Position numbers and translations under genes: made by a program. 64,000 nucleotides of DNA from Rebecca billardiae RCC1528 (taxonomy: Eukaryota > Protista > Haptophyta): contig OZ251238.1 of NCBI GenBank assembly GCA_965240325.2, positions 1,116,001 through 1,180,000 on the forward strand, written 5' to 3'. Of this stretch, positions 47,920-60,971 are shown in pieces. Within the stretch, counting starts at the first letter, position 1; the number at the start of each line of letters is the position of its first letter. A model generated the notes under the pieces. It searched no databases. It saw nothing but the letters and a program-made list of their open reading frames with translations, and was not told the DNA's origin.

Positions 47920-48249
47920 GCGGGAGTCCGCCGCCACACCCGGTGCAAAGCGAAAGAAAGGGATCGGGAACCCGCCGCCGCCGCCTCTCGCCCTTATTAT
48001 TACCAGCGGAGGTGGACGGTTACCTCGGATGATATCACCCCTCGAGACGCGGGCCAATTAGCGGCCATACGGAATAGTCAAGAGGCCGCCGAGTCTCAAT
48101 AGTCAAAAGACAGCTGCTTGAGCCAAGATGGCGGACGGGCCGTCTTCGCCGCCAACGCGAGAGCTGCGCTTGTCCCTGGCGCGCGCACGACCCACCCCCA
48201 CCTCTCAGCGACACGCGCGCCGCCTGCGGGAAAGCCCCGCCGACCAGCT

Positions 48250-51200
48250 TCACGCCCACTCGATCGGGATGCCCGCGCGCTTGAGCGCCGCCCACCAGCG
48301 GATCTTCTCGTACCAGCCGAGCACCTCGTCCCACCCGGGCTGCATGCGCTCTGCACGGTCGGTCGCGGCATCGGCGCGGCGCACGGGGCGTGGGCGCGCG
48401 CATGTTCGAGCCGTGGCCAACCGTCGCACGGGCGGCACGCGCGTGCGACCGCGAGGCGCGCGCGCGCGCGCGCGCACCGGGCAGCTCGTCCGGCGAGGCC
48501 TTGCCCAGCAGCTTGGCGGCGAGATCCTTGCTGCGCATGTTCTCCTCCGCGACCGGGTCCAGCCCGAGCTGTCGCGCCGCGGGGGCGGCGAGGCGAGGGC
48601 GGCGCACGGCGCGTCAGCAGCGCGGCGCACCGCTCGCGCTCGCGCGCGCGCGCAGAGTCCGCTTTCGCGCGCGCGCGCTCGCGCGCGCTCGTGCGCGCGC
48701 CGCTGCGGCCGCACCAGCGCGGCGGCATCCTCCATGCGCTCCCACTGGTCCTTGTTCGGGAGGATGCGCTCGCCGCCCGCCTCGTCGATGAGCCTGCGCA
48801 CGTCGACGGGCTTGCCCATCAGCAGCGCGGTGAGCACGTGGCCGAGCACCGTCGCCTTCTGCACCGGCTTCCCCTTGGTGAGCTCGCCGCGCGTCGCGAT
48901 GATGTCGACCGACTGACGGCCGTCGTGCCAAAGCGCGTAGTAGTCAAGCGGCGTCTTGGTCTTCCGGGCGAGGGCGGGCGGCCAGGGCCGCGGGCTGCGC
49001 CACGGGCCGCGCGGGAGCGAGAGCGAGCGCCAAGGCAGCTGCCGCTTCGAGCGCCACTCGCCCGCGGCGGCCGCCCCGCCGTCCACGGCCGCCCCGGCGC
49101 CGCCGGCGCCGGCGCCGGCGCCGCGGCCCGAAGCCGCGGCCGCGGCCGCCGCCTCGGCGCGCAGCAGCTCGGCGAGCGCGTCGACGCCCTTGACGCGCAC
49201 GCCGAGCTCCTTGAGCGCGGCCGGGCTGGTCGGGCACGCGTACGCGATGTTCTTCGCCAGGTGCTCCGGCAGCACCGCGTGCGGCGAGAGCTGCAGCTCG
49301 ACGGCGGTGCGCGCGCGCCACGCGAGAATCTTCTCCAAGGTTTGCTCGAGCGCGTCGGCGCGCGCGTCCATCCCGCGCTCGCGCCACCCTTTGATCCGGC
49401 GGGACCACTCGAGCTGCGCGGTGAGCACCGGGCCGGCCTGCGCGGCGAGCTGGTCCTCGGGCACCGTCTCCACGTCGATGCCGAAGCCGCGCAGCTCGCT
49501 CTCCAGCCTCGCGCGCTCGGCGCGCTCTCGCTCCTCCGCGTCGCGCACGGCGCGCGGCTTTGGCAGCAGCACCCGCTCGCACGCGCTCGCGGACGACGCG
49601 GCCGCGAGCTTCGCGCCGGCGGGCGTGGTCTTCCACGTGTCGAAGGCGCCGTACGCGGAGCGCTTGCTCAGCCGCTGCACGAGCCCCGCGCCCGCCAGCG
49701 CGGGCAGCACCTCCTTGAAGAAGTCGTCCTTCGCCAGCTCGCGCGGCAGCGCGGCGCGCGCGCGCGCGTACGCGCTCGCTGGCTTGGCGGCCGCGGCCGC
49801 GGAGGCGCGCTTCAGCACGTTGGTGATGGCGGCGCCGCCGTTGGAGGGCGTGGCGCCCGCGGCGTGCAGGCAGAGGCAGAGCGCGCGCGCGACCGCCGTG
49901 CCGTCCCACTCGCCCTCCGCGCCGCCGCGCGCGCCCAGCTCGCACGCGTCACACATGCCGCAGCCGCCGCTCCCGAACGGCGGGTTTGATTCTCCGAAGA
50001 AGTTGAGCACCGCAGCGCGCCGGCACGCGCGCTCGTCCTCCGCGATGGCGCGGAGCGCGTCGGTGGAGGCGGCGACGGCGGCGACGGCGTTGGGCGTCAT
50101 CCCCTGCGTGTAGAAGTCCGACGCGTACCGCGTGAAGTCGCTGTTCTGCCAGAACAGCACGCCGCGCGCCGGCAGCCCGTCGCGCCCCGCGCGGCCGACC
50201 ATCTGCCAGTATTCCTCGACCGTCTTCGGAGCGTCCCAGTTGACCACGCAGCGGATGTCCGCCTTGTCGATGCCCATGCCGAAGGCGGAGGTGGCGACGA
50301 CGACCTGCGCGGCGCCGGTGAGGAACGCCGCGCGCGCGCGCTCGCGCTCCGGCTGCGACAGCTTGCCGTGGTACAGCACGACGCGCCCCGCGCCGCCGCC
50401 CGCGCCTGCCGTCGCGCCCAGCGTCGTGCCGAGAGCGCTCGCCACCTCCTGCACCGCGTTGCGCGTGCCGCAGTACACGATGACGGAGCCGCCCTTCGCG
50501 GCGCGCACGAGCTTGACCACGTCGGCCACCGTCTTCCCGAACGCGCCGCGCCGCTCCATCCTCAGCGCCAGGTTGCTCCGGTCCGCCGACGAGAGCGAGA
50601 CGACGGGCGAGCGCAGCCGCAGCGAGGCGAGCACGTCCGTGCGCACGCGAGCGGTCGCGGTCGCGGTGAGCGCGACGACGGGCACGTCGGGCAGCGCGTC
50701 GCGCACGGCGCCGAGCTCGCGGTAGTCCTTGCGGAACGACTGCCCCCACTCCGAGACGCAGTGCGCCTCGTCGATCGCCACGACGCACAGCCCGCGCCGC
50801 GCGTGCAAGCCCTGCAGCCGGCCTAGTGTGCCGCCTACCGTCAGCTTCTCGGGCGTCACGTAGACGACCAGGTACCCGCCCTCGTCGAGGGCGCGGCGCT
50901 CGACGGTCGGGTCGGACTGGGCGGAGCCGAGGAACGCGGCGATGTCGTGCCCGACCGACGAGCCGATCGTCGCGTTCAGCTTGCGCACCTGGTCCGCCAT
51001 CAGCGAGATCAGAGGCGAGACCACGACCGCCACGCGCCCCGTGTGCAGCGCCGGCAGCTGGTACACGAGCGACTTGCCCGCGCCCGTCGCCCAGAAGCAC
51101 GCGACGTCGCGACGCGCGTGCACGACGGCCGAGATCACCTCGAGCTGCCGCTCGCGGAACGTGTCGTGACCGAACGAGCGGCGCAGCGTCTCGCGCAGCG

Positions 51201-51552
51201 CGCGCTCCTCGTCGTCGCTCGGAGGCTCCGGCGACGAGTACGAGTCCGGCTGCGAGCCCGGACGAGGCGGGGCGGCGGGCGTGGGCGAGGTGAAGGGCTT
51301 GGTCGGCACTGGCGGCGGCGGCGCGGCGGGCATGCTCGAGGCTGCCGGCGCCGGCGGCATGGAGGGCACGGCGCACGACGCGGGCGCGAGCGGCGGCCCG
51401 GCCGCGGCCGGCGGCGGAGGCGCGGCCGGAAGCGTGCCGGCGGCGGCGGAGGGCGGCGCGGCCGGGACGGGCGGCGGCGCGGTGATCGCCTCCAGGTCGA
51501 TCTCGCACAGCGCCGCGTCGAACTCCGGGTCGTAGAACTCGTCGTGATCCAT
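48250..51552 (-). CDS. RecQ-family (WRN-like) DNA helicase with Zn-binding, HRDC-like and C-terminal HTH regions; introns 48714-48569 and 48477-48351
   Basis: [74 protein letters not shown]...CGMCDAC. Confidence 0.92.
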   Translation of the reverse strand: MDHDEFYDPEFDAALCEIDLEAITAPPPVPAAPPSAAAGTLPAAPPPPAAAGPPLAPASCAVPSMPPAPAASSMPAAPPPPVPTKPFTSPTPAAPPRPGSQPDSYSSPEPPSDDEERALRETLRRSFGHDTFRERQLEVISAVVHARRDVACFWATGAGKSLVYQLPALHTGRVAVVVSPLISLMADQVRKLNATIGSSVGHDIAAFLGSAQSDPTVERRALDEGGYLVVYVTPEKLTVGGTLGRLQGLHARRGLCVVAIDEAHCVSEWGQSFRKDYRELGAVRDALPDVPVVALTATATARVRTDVLASLRLRSPVVSLSSADRSNLALRMERRGAFGKTVADVVKLVRAAKGGSVIVYCGTRNAVQEVASALGTTLGATAGAGGGAGRVVLYHGKLSQPERERARAAFLTGAAQVVVATSAFGMGIDKADIRCVVNWDAPKTVEEYWQMVGRAGRDGLPARGVLFWQNSDFTRYASDFYTQGMTPNAVAAVAASTDALRAIAEDERACRRAAVLNFFGESNPPFGSGGCGMCDACELGARGGAEGEWDGTAVARALCLCLHAAGATPSNGGAAITNVLKRASAAAAAKPASAYARARAALPRELAKDDFFKEVLPALAGAGLVQRLSKRSAYGAFDTWKTTPAGAKLAAASSASACERVLLPKPRAVRDAEERERAERARLESELRGFGIDVETVPEDQLAAQAGPVLTAQLEWSRRIKGWRERGMDARADALEQTLEKILAWRARTAVELQLSPHAVLPEHLAKNIAYACPTSPAALKELGVRVKGVDALAELLRAEAAAAAAASGRGAGAGAGGAGAAVDGGAAAAGEWRSKRQLPWRSLSLPRGPWRSPRPWPPALARKTKTPLDYYALWHDGRQSVDIIATRGELTKGKPVQKATVLGHVLTALLMGKPVDVRRLIDEAGGERILPNKDQWERMEDAAALVRPQRRAHERARARARESGLCARARARAVRRAADAPCAALASPPPRRDSSGWTRSRRRTCAARISPPSCWARPRRTSCPVRARARAPRGRTRVPPVRRLATARTCARPRPVRRADAATDRAERMQPGWDEVLGWYEKIRWWAALKRAGIPIEWA

Positions 51553-51775
51553 CTCGCCCGCGCGACGCGGCTGGCTCCCGCGCGCAAGGCGAGTGGGCTC
51601 TGCGACGCGGGGGCCCGCGCGCGCCAGCCAAAAGTTGAAAGGCTCACCGCGCCAACGGCCTTCGTGAGCTGGAGAGCCGGACACACCGACACACGAGTTG
51701 GACGCCCGACGACGTGAGGGAAGATTCAAGATTTGTTGGTGGTGAGTCGTGCGGTGAGTCAACGGCAGCGAAAGC

Positions 51776-52189
51776 ATGGAGTCGCCGCAGGAGTCGCCGC
51801 AGCTGTGGGGGGTGGTGCGACAGATCCTGACGCAGATCGGCTCGCTGGAGACGAGCACGCTGCAGCAGCCGGCGCACGAGCTACAGCAGCTGCTCGCCAT
51901 GCACGAGCGGCTGGGCCCGTGCGAGGGCGCCCTCGATGCATCGCTGGCCATGCACACGCGCGAGCGCGACGTGTACGCGGACAAAATGCAGAGGATCGCG
52001 CGACGGCTCGCGGCCGAGGGCGCCGCGGCGGTCGGCGACCAGTCGCACGAGATGCTCAGCCGCATCGTCCTCACCGCCCGAGACCAGCTCGAGAACGCAC
52101 GCCAGGCCGCCGCCGAAGCCGCGGAGGCTGCAGCCCATGCAGCTGAGCAGCACGCCGATGAATCGGGATCGGGCGCGTCGCCGCGATGA
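51776..52189 (+). CDS. Small helical/coiled-coil hypothetical protein (137 aa)
   Basis: ATG-initiated ORF with host-like codon bias, divergent from the RecQ gene. Confidence 0.55.
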   Translation: MESPQESPQLWGVVRQILTQIGSLETSTLQQPAHELQQLLAMHERLGPCEGALDASLAMHTRERDVYADKMQRIARRLAAEGAAAVGDQSHEMLSRIVLTARDQLENARQAAAEAAEAAAHAAEQHADESGSGASPR

Positions 52190-53621
52190 TGACGGATGAG
52201 TGTGCATCATCGTGGCCGCCAATGGCTTGCCGAACGGCACCATGACGACAGCATAGGTCGAAGCCATTGCTGCGAACAGGCCACAACACCGGGCTGTACC
52301 GTTGTCGTTGCACACCGATCGCTGGCGGCCACTTCCTTCTAATCGGGCCAGAACTGTTTGTACACTTCACGCCGAGACGGGTGATGGGCCTGGCGTGCGG
52401 GGCCCCAACAGCGCGTGACAGCTCTGGCACCCCGACAGCTACCGCGGCTAGACTGGCGGTAGCACTGGCCCGATATCATTCCAAGGGCGGCTGATGCCGG
52501 CATATATATATATGATGCTGATCGTGATGATGACTTAAATTGACTTATTGACTGATCATGGGCCACATTCAGATGCCATGAGACGCCGAGACGGCAGCAG
52601 CGTGGGCTCATGACCCGGATTATGAACCGGACTAATTATACTGTGTACGGCGGCCACCGCGTGCGTTTGATGGCGCGAATTTCGTCGCCTTCGGATGCGC
52701 CGCCTGAGTCACGCCCTGAGGCTACTGAGTCCTCGGCTCACCGGACGCTCACTTCGTCGTGAGCACTAATAAACTATCCGTATGGCGTATCCATTAACGA
52801 CCGTAACAGACAGCAGCGGCAGGCGCTTCTGAGTTCTGACGACTGCTAAGCCGCTGCTGAGCCTGAGGGCGATCGAGATTCGAGGCGGGCGGCCAGGGGC
52901 CCAGGCGGCTGACGCCGCTGAGCCGGACGGCCCGCGCGCGGCCCGGCGGTCCGACCGCCCGCGGGCCCGGCCCCGGCCCCGGGCGCGGGCGCGGTCGCGG
53001 GCCGCCTGCGCCCGCATCGGCTGACGCGGTAGCCTGGCAGTGCCAGTGGGTGGCCCCGCCCGGCTGCCGCGCAGCCCACTGTGACTGACACCGGCGTGGG
53101 CGTGGGCCAGAGTCAGCACCGTCAGGCCTCACAGGGCCCGAGCCGAGTCGGACCGGTGAGTCCCGGGTCGGCTCCGGGACGACGCCGGGCCACCACGGCA
53201 CAAGGCACACTGATTCTATCTACCGTGTCCGTTGGCGTTGATTGACGATCAGGACTGACAGGAGCCGATACGATCGATATCATCCTGGTGGCATATCATA
53301 TATAGTCGGCCGCGCTGCAGCCGTTCGGCCGCTTCGGGGGCACGCCTCCAGGGCCCTGCGAATAAATGATTAATAAATCTGAATCGTCGTCGTCATCGGT
53401 CGACGTCGGCGTCGTTGCCGCTCAGTGCCGCTGTCGCATCGCGCACGCAATCGCATCAGTCGTCGCCGCCGGTCCACCGTCGGATCCGCGTGTCTAAGAC
53501 TCAGTATATATAGCTTACAGTGAGTACTAGGCATAGCTGTCGTCAGTGTGACACATCACTCAGTATCAGCGCGGATTCAGTTAATTATATTATGCTGCCA
53601 GTTTCAAGTTGGCGGCGGCGT

Positions 53622-53730
53622 CAATCTCGCCTGCCTGAGCTGTGTCTGTGTGCGCGTCTCTTACCCTTAGCTAGTCTTAGTACACTGTCGCGTACAGTTT
53701 ACTCACAGCTCAGGCAGGCAGGCGAGATTG
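53622..53730. mobile_element. Small palindromic MITE-like element (109 bp), both arms present
   Basis: CAATCTCGCCTGCCTGAGCTGTG ... CACAGCTCAGGCAGGCAGGCGAGATTG; centre AGTACACTGT/ACAGTTTACT also pairs. Confidence 0.8.
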
Positions 53731-53826
53731 ACGTCAATCACGCCTTAACCAAGTGTGCACGTTAAAACATAGTAAACTGTACGTACGCGTCGTTACAAAG
53801 AAAACGTCGCACCCCTGCCCACCGCG

Positions 53827-54942
53827 ATGCCGGCACCCCGTGCGATGGCGCTTCTGGTCCGTCTCGTCCTCTTCGCGACGGCTACGAGCGCCAAGGAGTG
53901 GCACGTGCTCGGGATCGACCAACTCTACCAGACGGTCCGCGCCGTGCAGAGCGGCGACGTGATCTTGCTCGACAACATGTACGAGTTCCGCCAGTACGTC
54001 TGGATCGTGCGGGAGCCGCTCGTCGTGGCCGCGGACAACGTCACGATCCGTCCTGGGGATACGGCGCGTGCGTGGATGATCGCGCAAGGCGGCAGCTGGG
54101 CGTTCGCCTTCCGCGACGCGCGCAACATCACGCTGGAGAACATCCGGTTCACGTGCAACATGGCCACGCCATCAGGCTCAGTCATGCACGGCTCGGTCGC
54201 CACCGCGCACAACGCGTCGGTCACGCTCCGCGGCTGCAGCGTCGAGAACTGCGGCATGCCCGAGCACGCGGCCATCGAGCTCTCCGAAGGCGAGCTGCAC
54301 ATTGTCGACTCGACCTTCCGCAACTGCGCCACGGAGACGCTCGGCGGTGCGATCTTCGCGCAGGGCTTTCAGGCCACCGTCTCGGTGAGCGGCTCGACGT
54401 TTAACAACAACGTGGCCTCGTTGGGCGGGGCGGCCATCGGCGCCAGGGTGCGTTTCCCGAACATCAGGCTGTATGAGGGCAACCGCTTCGTCAACAACTC
54501 TGCCGTCAGCAAGCACGGCCAGAAAGCCGGCAAGGGCGGCGCACTGCACATCTGGAGCAACGACGGCCTAGGCTTGCTCCACTTCTTCGCCGGCCAGACT
54601 TTCGCCGACAACAAGGCCGACGATTGCTGCCCGGCGATATGGAATCGGCCCAATTTCATGTGTGGAAGCAACGGTGAGATCATCAATCATTTGACCGATC
54701 TGGGCTCGGATGAGGCGGCCTCGCGCTTCTACGCGCGCGAGTGCATGCCCTCGTCGCTGCTTCGCATGGACGCTTTGGCGGGCGGGCTGGGCGCAGTGCC
54801 GGCGCGCGCAGGCCTCGCTGGCGTGCTGGCGCTGGCGGTTGTCGCAATCGCCCTCATCTCGGCGGCGCGCGCGCAAGCACGCGCTGTGCGCAACTCGATG
54901 GCGAGTGACGCTGCAAAGAGAGCGCCGACGCTCCTGCTGTGA
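53827..54942 (+). CDS. Surface protein with right-handed beta-helix (pectin-lyase-like / Pmp-type GGAI and FxNN repeats)
   Basis: Signal peptide; FRNC..LGGAIF, FNNNVASLGGAAI, FVNNSA..GKGGALHI, FADNKA; C-terminal TM anchor. Confidence 0.78.
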   Translation: MPAPRAMALLVRLVLFATATSAKEWHVLGIDQLYQTVRAVQSGDVILLDNMYEFRQYVWIVREPLVVAADNVTIRPGDTARAWMIAQGGSWAFAFRDARNITLENIRFTCNMATPSGSVMHGSVATAHNASVTLRGCSVENCGMPEHAAIELSEGELHIVDSTFRNCATETLGGAIFAQGFQATVSVSGSTFNNNVASLGGAAIGARVRFPNIRLYEGNRFVNNSAVSKHGQKAGKGGALHIWSNDGLGLLHFFAGQTFADNKADDCCPAIWNRPNFMCGSNGEIINHLTDLGSDEAASRFYARECMPSSLLRMDALAGGLGAVPARAGLAGVLALAVVAIALISAARAQARAVRNSMASDAAKRAPTLLL

Positions 54943-55494
54943 GAACTGAGAAGGCGCAGTCTGCATGAGCGCGAACCAAGCGGCCGGCGACCTGACAGTG
55001 ACGCGTGCGGGCGGGGTACGATCCCGCGTGATCTGGTCCTGGACAAGGCCGCTCGCGCGCGGACGGGCCTGCTGCGCGCAGCGCCCGTGGCCTTGGACGT
55101 CTGAGGCCTGATGCAGTCTGCATGGTCCGCGACAGGCGCCAGCGGTCTACTAGAATGATGAGCGCGTATTATAATTATATCAGTGCCCGAGCAGTAAGTA
55201 ATAATAATAAAGCATATTAATATATATATGCCAATATGGTACATTCGACGTGATGCATGAGTATATCATATCGATCCGCATCAAATCGGGCGCGCGCGCC
55301 GGCCGGACTAGCTTATACCTTATTATAGTCCGTCTCAGACAGTCGCGCTGACGATGATGGCGTGCGCACGGCGCACAGCCACGCCGGCAGCCCGGCACTG
55401 GGCCTGGCCGAGGCGCTCAGCCTCGCCGCAGCGCCAGCTGCCCGTGACTGAGCTGGGCAGACAGTGCCAGGCCTAGGCAGTAGCGCACCGGCAC

Positions 55495-56383
55495 TCACGC
55501 CGCCGCCTCGGCCCTCGCCTGCTCGGCGTCCCACGCGACAACGCTCTCATACGCAAGCTTGCCCCCGAAGATATCGAGCGCCGAGCCGATCGTCACGTCC
55601 ACCTTGCCGCCGCCGAGCGCCCGCACGCGCTCCACGTCGTCCAGGTCGCGGCAGCCGCCCGCGTACGTGACAGGGATCGGCGACCACTCGCCGAGGCAGT
55701 GGACGAGGTCCTCCTCGATGCCGCAGCCCATGCCCTCCACGTCGACCCCGTGCACGAGGAACTCCGCGCACGAGCGCGCGAGCTCCTCCAGCGCTTCGCG
55801 TGTGACCGCCGTGTCCGTGAACCGCTGCCACTTGTCCATCACTACGTGGAACGGGCCGCTCGGGTCTTCGGGCCGGCGGCGGCAGCTGAGGTCGAGGACG
55901 ATGTGCTCGCGGCCTGGCGCGCGTGGAGAGCGGGGGTGGGGTGTGAGAGGCCGGCGGCGCCTCGCCGGGCGCACCGGCCCGCCGGCTCCGACAGCGGCGC
56001 GCGCGCGCACCGACGGCTGCGACCAGCTCCGCAAGTCGCTCCCTGTTCAGCTTGCCGTCCACGAAGACCCACGAGGTGACGATGACGTGCGACGCGCCCG
56101 CGTCGATGTACCTCTTCGCATTGCCCGCGTTCACCCCGCCGCCCACCTGCAGCCCGCCCGGGTACGCTGCGAGCGCCGAGAGCGCCGCCTCCTCGTTGCC
56201 CGGGCCAAGCATGATGACGTGGCCGCCGACCAGCTTGTCGCGCTGGTACATGCTCGCAAACTCCGCGGCGGACTTGGTCGTCTCGAAGTTGGTGCGCAGC
56301 TGCGACGGGTCAGTGCTCAGTGTCGAGCCGACGATCTGCTTCACCGCGCCGGCATGCAGGTCGATGCACGGCCGGAAGCGCAT
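55495..56383 (-). CDS. HIS6: Phosphoribosylformimino-AICAR-P isomerase (His6/HISN3 type); intron 56010-55914
   Basis: [75 protein letters not shown]. Confidence 0.95.
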
Positions 56384-56741
56384 GGCCACGTCGATGCGGC
56401 TGGACGCGGCGCTCGGCGCTCCGGCCTTCGCCGCTCGGTCAGCTTTTTTTGGCTGGCACGATGGCGGACGCCTTGAGCCTACGTGCAGCCTGCCTTGTGG
56501 CAATGTCAGCGGTGGGCCATGACAACGACGAGAAGGAGCGCGGCACGAGACACCTCCTTGTCACGCAGGTAGCTTACGAGTACGTTCGTACACACACGAC
56601 GAGCGGTTTCTCACCGCGCCGGCGGCCGAGCAGCGGACGCGCGGGCCGGGCACCCGTGACAATGCCAGTTCGGACGACGTCATTGGCACTGCCATTGCGG
56701 CGTCTTCGAGAAGCCCGCGTCGCCGCGCGGCACGCCCGATG

Positions 56742-59700
56742 CTATTCGGAGCTCTCCCCAGCCGAGGCGCCGTTGAGGTCGTTACGGTCGCGCACCTCGG
56801 AAAGCTGCCGGGAGCACATAGCGCCGCGGCGCGCGCGCGGGGTGGATCGGCGCGTCGTCATCGCGTCGTCGGCATGCGCGCGCGTGGCGCAGGCAAAGTT
56901 GGCGGGCGCCGCGCGGCCGCGCCGCGCGCGCACCTCGAGCGTCCGCCTGTTGTTCAGCTCCTCCAGCTCGATGAAGTACTCGTCCAGTCCCGGCGTCTTA
57001 GCGGACGACTCGAACTCGAGCATCGTTCGCAGCCGGAGGAAGAGCCATTCGTTGAACGCTCGCTCGTTCACTTCTTCGAACGTGGAGTTGAGGACGGCGA
57101 TGAGGAGGTTGAGGAGGACGAAGACGGTGAGGGCGGTGTTCGACCAGAAGAGGCCGAAGCCGAGCACCCGGCGCACGCCGCTCAGCGGCTCGAGGAACTC
57201 AAAGTCAATTTCGCCCAGCACCCACAGCACCATCTGCGTCACGATCTCGAGATAGCTTTCGGCGGGCACCTCGCCGTCTGCGACCGCGGGTGAGGAGTTG
57301 TACAGGACGTAGATGGCGTTGGCGAAGCCGAGGAGGACGAAGGCGTACACGCCGAAGAACTGCACGATGTTGCGGATCATCCCGCCCACCGTCACGAGCA
57401 GCGGGCCCAGAGGGCGGTACAGCGACACGTACTGCAACATGCGCAGCGCGAGCGCAAGCTGCAGGAACGACGACAACGGCACGAGCGCGTCCGCGACCGC
57501 GGCGGCGGCGGCGGCGTCGGCCGGGCTCTGCTGCGCGGCGAGCAGCGAGATCGCCGTCGTCGGGATCAGCACGCTCGGCACGGCGATCAGCGTGAACGCG
57601 TCCACCACGTTCCTGCCGAACGGGCAGCCGAGCGAAGCGCGCGAGCGCGCGCGGTGGCGCGGCGCGGCGTCGAGAGCGCGGCCGCAGCGCGCATGAGCGG
57701 CGCGGCGCGCCACCGGGCGCGCGCGGTGGCGGGCGCACCAGAAGGACGCGTAGTGCCTGATCAGGTTCCACCGCGAGTCCACGCGCAGCTCGTCCACCTC
57801 GACGCGCAGGAAGAAGAGCCAGCTGTACAGCCCGCCGCCTGCGAGCGCGTAGTAGCCGGCGCGCACCGCCGCGGCCGCGGCCGTCTCGGGCAGCCACCGA
57901 GCACCGAGCCGCGCGGCCACGTCCGCAGAGCCGGGCTCGAGCACGGGCGCGATGGAGTGCGTGAAGCAGCAGAGCACCATCAGCCCGTACAGCAGCACGC
58001 GCTCCTGGTACACGTACCGCGCGAACCACTTCCACTTGCGCTGCGCGCGCGCGGCGGCGCGGCGCGGCGCGCGGCGCGCGCGCGCGCGTGCGCGTGTCGG
58101 CGCGCGCGGTGCGCGCGCGCGCAGCGCGCAGAGTGGCGTCGCGCCCAACCTCAAGCAGCGTGCGCATGATCGGCACGTTGAGCAGCTCCTTCCGCTCGCA
58201 CGCCACCACCAGCTGCTCGAGCGTGCACGCCTCGCCCGCGCCGTCTGCGAACGTGAGCGCAGAGCTCCCGTTGGTCGGCAGGACGACACCGTCGAAGGAG
58301 TAGCTGCGCGCGCCGTGCGCGCGCGCGGCCCAGGCAGGTGGGCAGGGGGCGCGGGCGTGCGCAGCCGCGGCAGGCGGGCGGGTGCGGATGGGGGAAGGGC
58401 GGGGGCAGGGTCGGTCGGGGCGCGGCACGGCGGCGCGGCGCGCAAGCGGGCACGGGCGCGCACGCGCGCGGCGCGCGCGGCGCCACGCACCGGTAGAGGT
58501 CATACCCGTACCAGTAGTACTCAAAATTGGCCTTCTGCTGTAGCAACGTCACGGCAATCGCCGGCAGGCGCTCGACTGCGAGCGAGAGCGGCGAGCGGCC
58601 GTGGTCGTTGCGCGCGAAGCCGTCGACGCCGCGGCCGAGGAGGAACTTGGCGCACTCGAGGTCGCGCGACGCGCCGAGCAGCACGTGCAGCGCGTTGTTC
58701 CCCTCCGCGTCCGTCGCGTGCAGCAGCGAGGGCGGCGCGTGCGCCTCGAGGAAGCGGATCACCTTCAAGTTGCCATTGAACGCGGCCGCGTGCACAAGCG
58801 TCCAGCGCGGCTCTGACTGCAGCAGCCAGAACGAGGTGGCGGCGAGGTCGGCGCCGTGCTCGTGGAGCAGCGCGAGCGCGTCGACGTCGCCCTCGAAGCA
58901 CGCGTGCACCGCCGGGCGCGGCCAGTACTCACGTGGGTAGTTCGGGTCCGCCACGCCCTTGCTCAGCGCCTCCCGGATGAGTGCATAGCGCTCCGAGTCG
59001 GACACGCCAACCATGAAGGGCTCCAGACTGCCCTCGTCCGGGCGGACGAGGAGCGCGAGGGGCGAGCGGCACCAGCCCTCGAAGAAGCGGAGGCCGCCGA
59101 CCTGCCGCGCGGGCGGGAAGACGAAGTCCCAGCTGAAGTCCATGTGCGAGCGCACCTCCTTCACGTTGCCCGCGCGGATCGCCTCGAGCAGCGCCGCCTT
59201 CTTGGAAGTGAGCGTGTCGCCCAAGTAGTCGGCCGGGAAGCGCCGGCCGTTACCCACGTATAGCAGCTTGAAGTAACGGTATTGGCGCGACTGCGCCTCG
59301 AGCACGCCCGCCGCGGAGACGAACACGTCCGGCTCGCCCGCGCCGCGCACGAGGTACTCCTCGATCTCGCGCACCTCCGCCGCCTCCGCCTCGGTGAGAG
59401 AGCGGCCGTCGCGCCGCAGCAGCGCGGAGGGCTCACCCTCCCGGGCGCGCGCGCCGGCCGCGGCCGCGCGCGCGCCGCGCAGCAGCAGGCCGCGCCACCG
59501 CCGCCAGCCGGCGGCCGAGCCGCCGTCTGCGCCGCGCGCCGCGCCGCGCGCCGCGCCACCGCGCCCGCCGCGCGCCGCGCGCCGCTTCGCCGCCGCCGCC
59601 TCCGCCACCGCCGCGTGCTGCTGCTCCGCCGTCTCCAGCAATTCCAGACCAGCGAGCACTTGGATTAATTCCATCTGCTCGGCGACTGCGAGCCGCGAGT

Positions 59701-59816
59701 AGGCGGGCGGCGCGGGCACGCCGTCGTCGGCGCTCGAGCCCGGCGCGCGCGCGTCGGACCACGGGAGCAGCCGCTGCGCGCGCGTGCGCGGCTTGCCCTC
59801 CGCGCCGCCGCCATCC

Positions 59817-59859
<43 letters not shown>

Positions 59860-60817
59860 CATCTGAGACGTAAGTTGCCGTCAGAAGCAGCTGGCGCAGC
59901 TCGGAGGGCGAGAGCCGCGAGTCGAGGTCGAGGTCGGCGGAGGCGATGAGCATCCGCGCGTCGTCGATCGTCGGCACGTCCTCCGCCGCCGCCGCCGCCG
60001 CCGCCTCGCTACTGCCGCCGCCGCCGCCGTCCGCGTCGCGCCGCGCGGCCTCGGACATCGCGGAGCGGATCTCCGGCGGCGCGCAGCGCTGCAGCACGCC
60101 GAGGAGCTCCTGCGCGGAGATCGTGTCGTCCATGTCGTCGTCGCACACGTCGAACATCTCGCGCCACGTCAGCCCGCGCGCAGCCGCCAGCCGCCCCACG
60201 CGCGCGAGCGCGCGCAGCGCAGCCGGCCGCACGCGCTCGCGCGCGCGCTCGGTGAGCGCGCAGTCGCGCGCGGCAAAGGCGTCGGCCTCGACGTCGGCGG
60301 CGAGCTGCTTGAACGCCGGGAAGCGGATGAGCTGGTCGTCGTCGAGCATGTGCCGCAGCACCGACGCCTCGGGCGGCACGAAGCTCTCGCTCACCGTCGA
60401 GCGCAGCCGGTCGACCGCGGTGACGAGGCCGGCGAGACCGAGCGCGTCCGAGTTGGTCGTCGGATCCCGGCAGGAGTCAAAGATGGCGCGGAGGCGGCGC
60501 TCGCGCTGGAGGCGCAGGACGGTGCGCCTCGCGCCCGAGAGCACGCCAAGCACCGACGACGGCGCCGCGAGCTGCGCACGCTCGGCCGCCGCGCCGACGC
60601 CCGCCGAGCCCGCGGCGGGCGCATCGGCGCGCGGCGGACCGTCCATCGCGCGCGCGCGCGCGCGCCGCGGGCCGAGCGCCGGTCGCCTCACGCGCGCGAC
60701 TGGCCGGCCGGCGTGCGCGCGCGCCGCCGGCGGGAGCGCCAGCGCGCGCACGCCGACGGGCGCCGTGAGCGCCGCGACGAGCGCGGCGAGCGCGAGCGCT
60801 GCGCGGCGCGTCGGCAT
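56742..60817 (-). CDS. TRP-family cation channel with EF-hands and ankyrin repeats; introns 58490-58304, 58149-58041, 57738-57613 and probably 56933-56805
   Basis: EF loops DDDMDDTISAQE and DLDLDSRLSPSE; four ankyrin-like repeats; spliced LLE/RKWKWF, FW/NVVD, LGPLLVTVGGMIRNIVQF, LGEIDF pore, VLLNLLIAVLNSTFEEV...NEWLFLRLRTMLEFE (S6 + TRP helix). Confidence 0.88.
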
Positions 60818-60971
60818 GGCCGGCACCCCCGCTCCCGGCTTTCCCGCTCGCGTCGTCGGCGCTCGGGCGCGATGGCGGACGCGCGCGAGCGGACGGTCGG
60901 GCGGGTGGTGAAAAGTGAAAACACGCCAACGCCCGCCGTCGCGTCTCCCCTCGCCGCGCGTCCGCCGCCCG

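Noticed and set aside
51553-52074. N-terminal extension of the RecQ ORF
   Set aside because: Overlaps the divergent small gene and promoter; ATG 51552 is the plausible start
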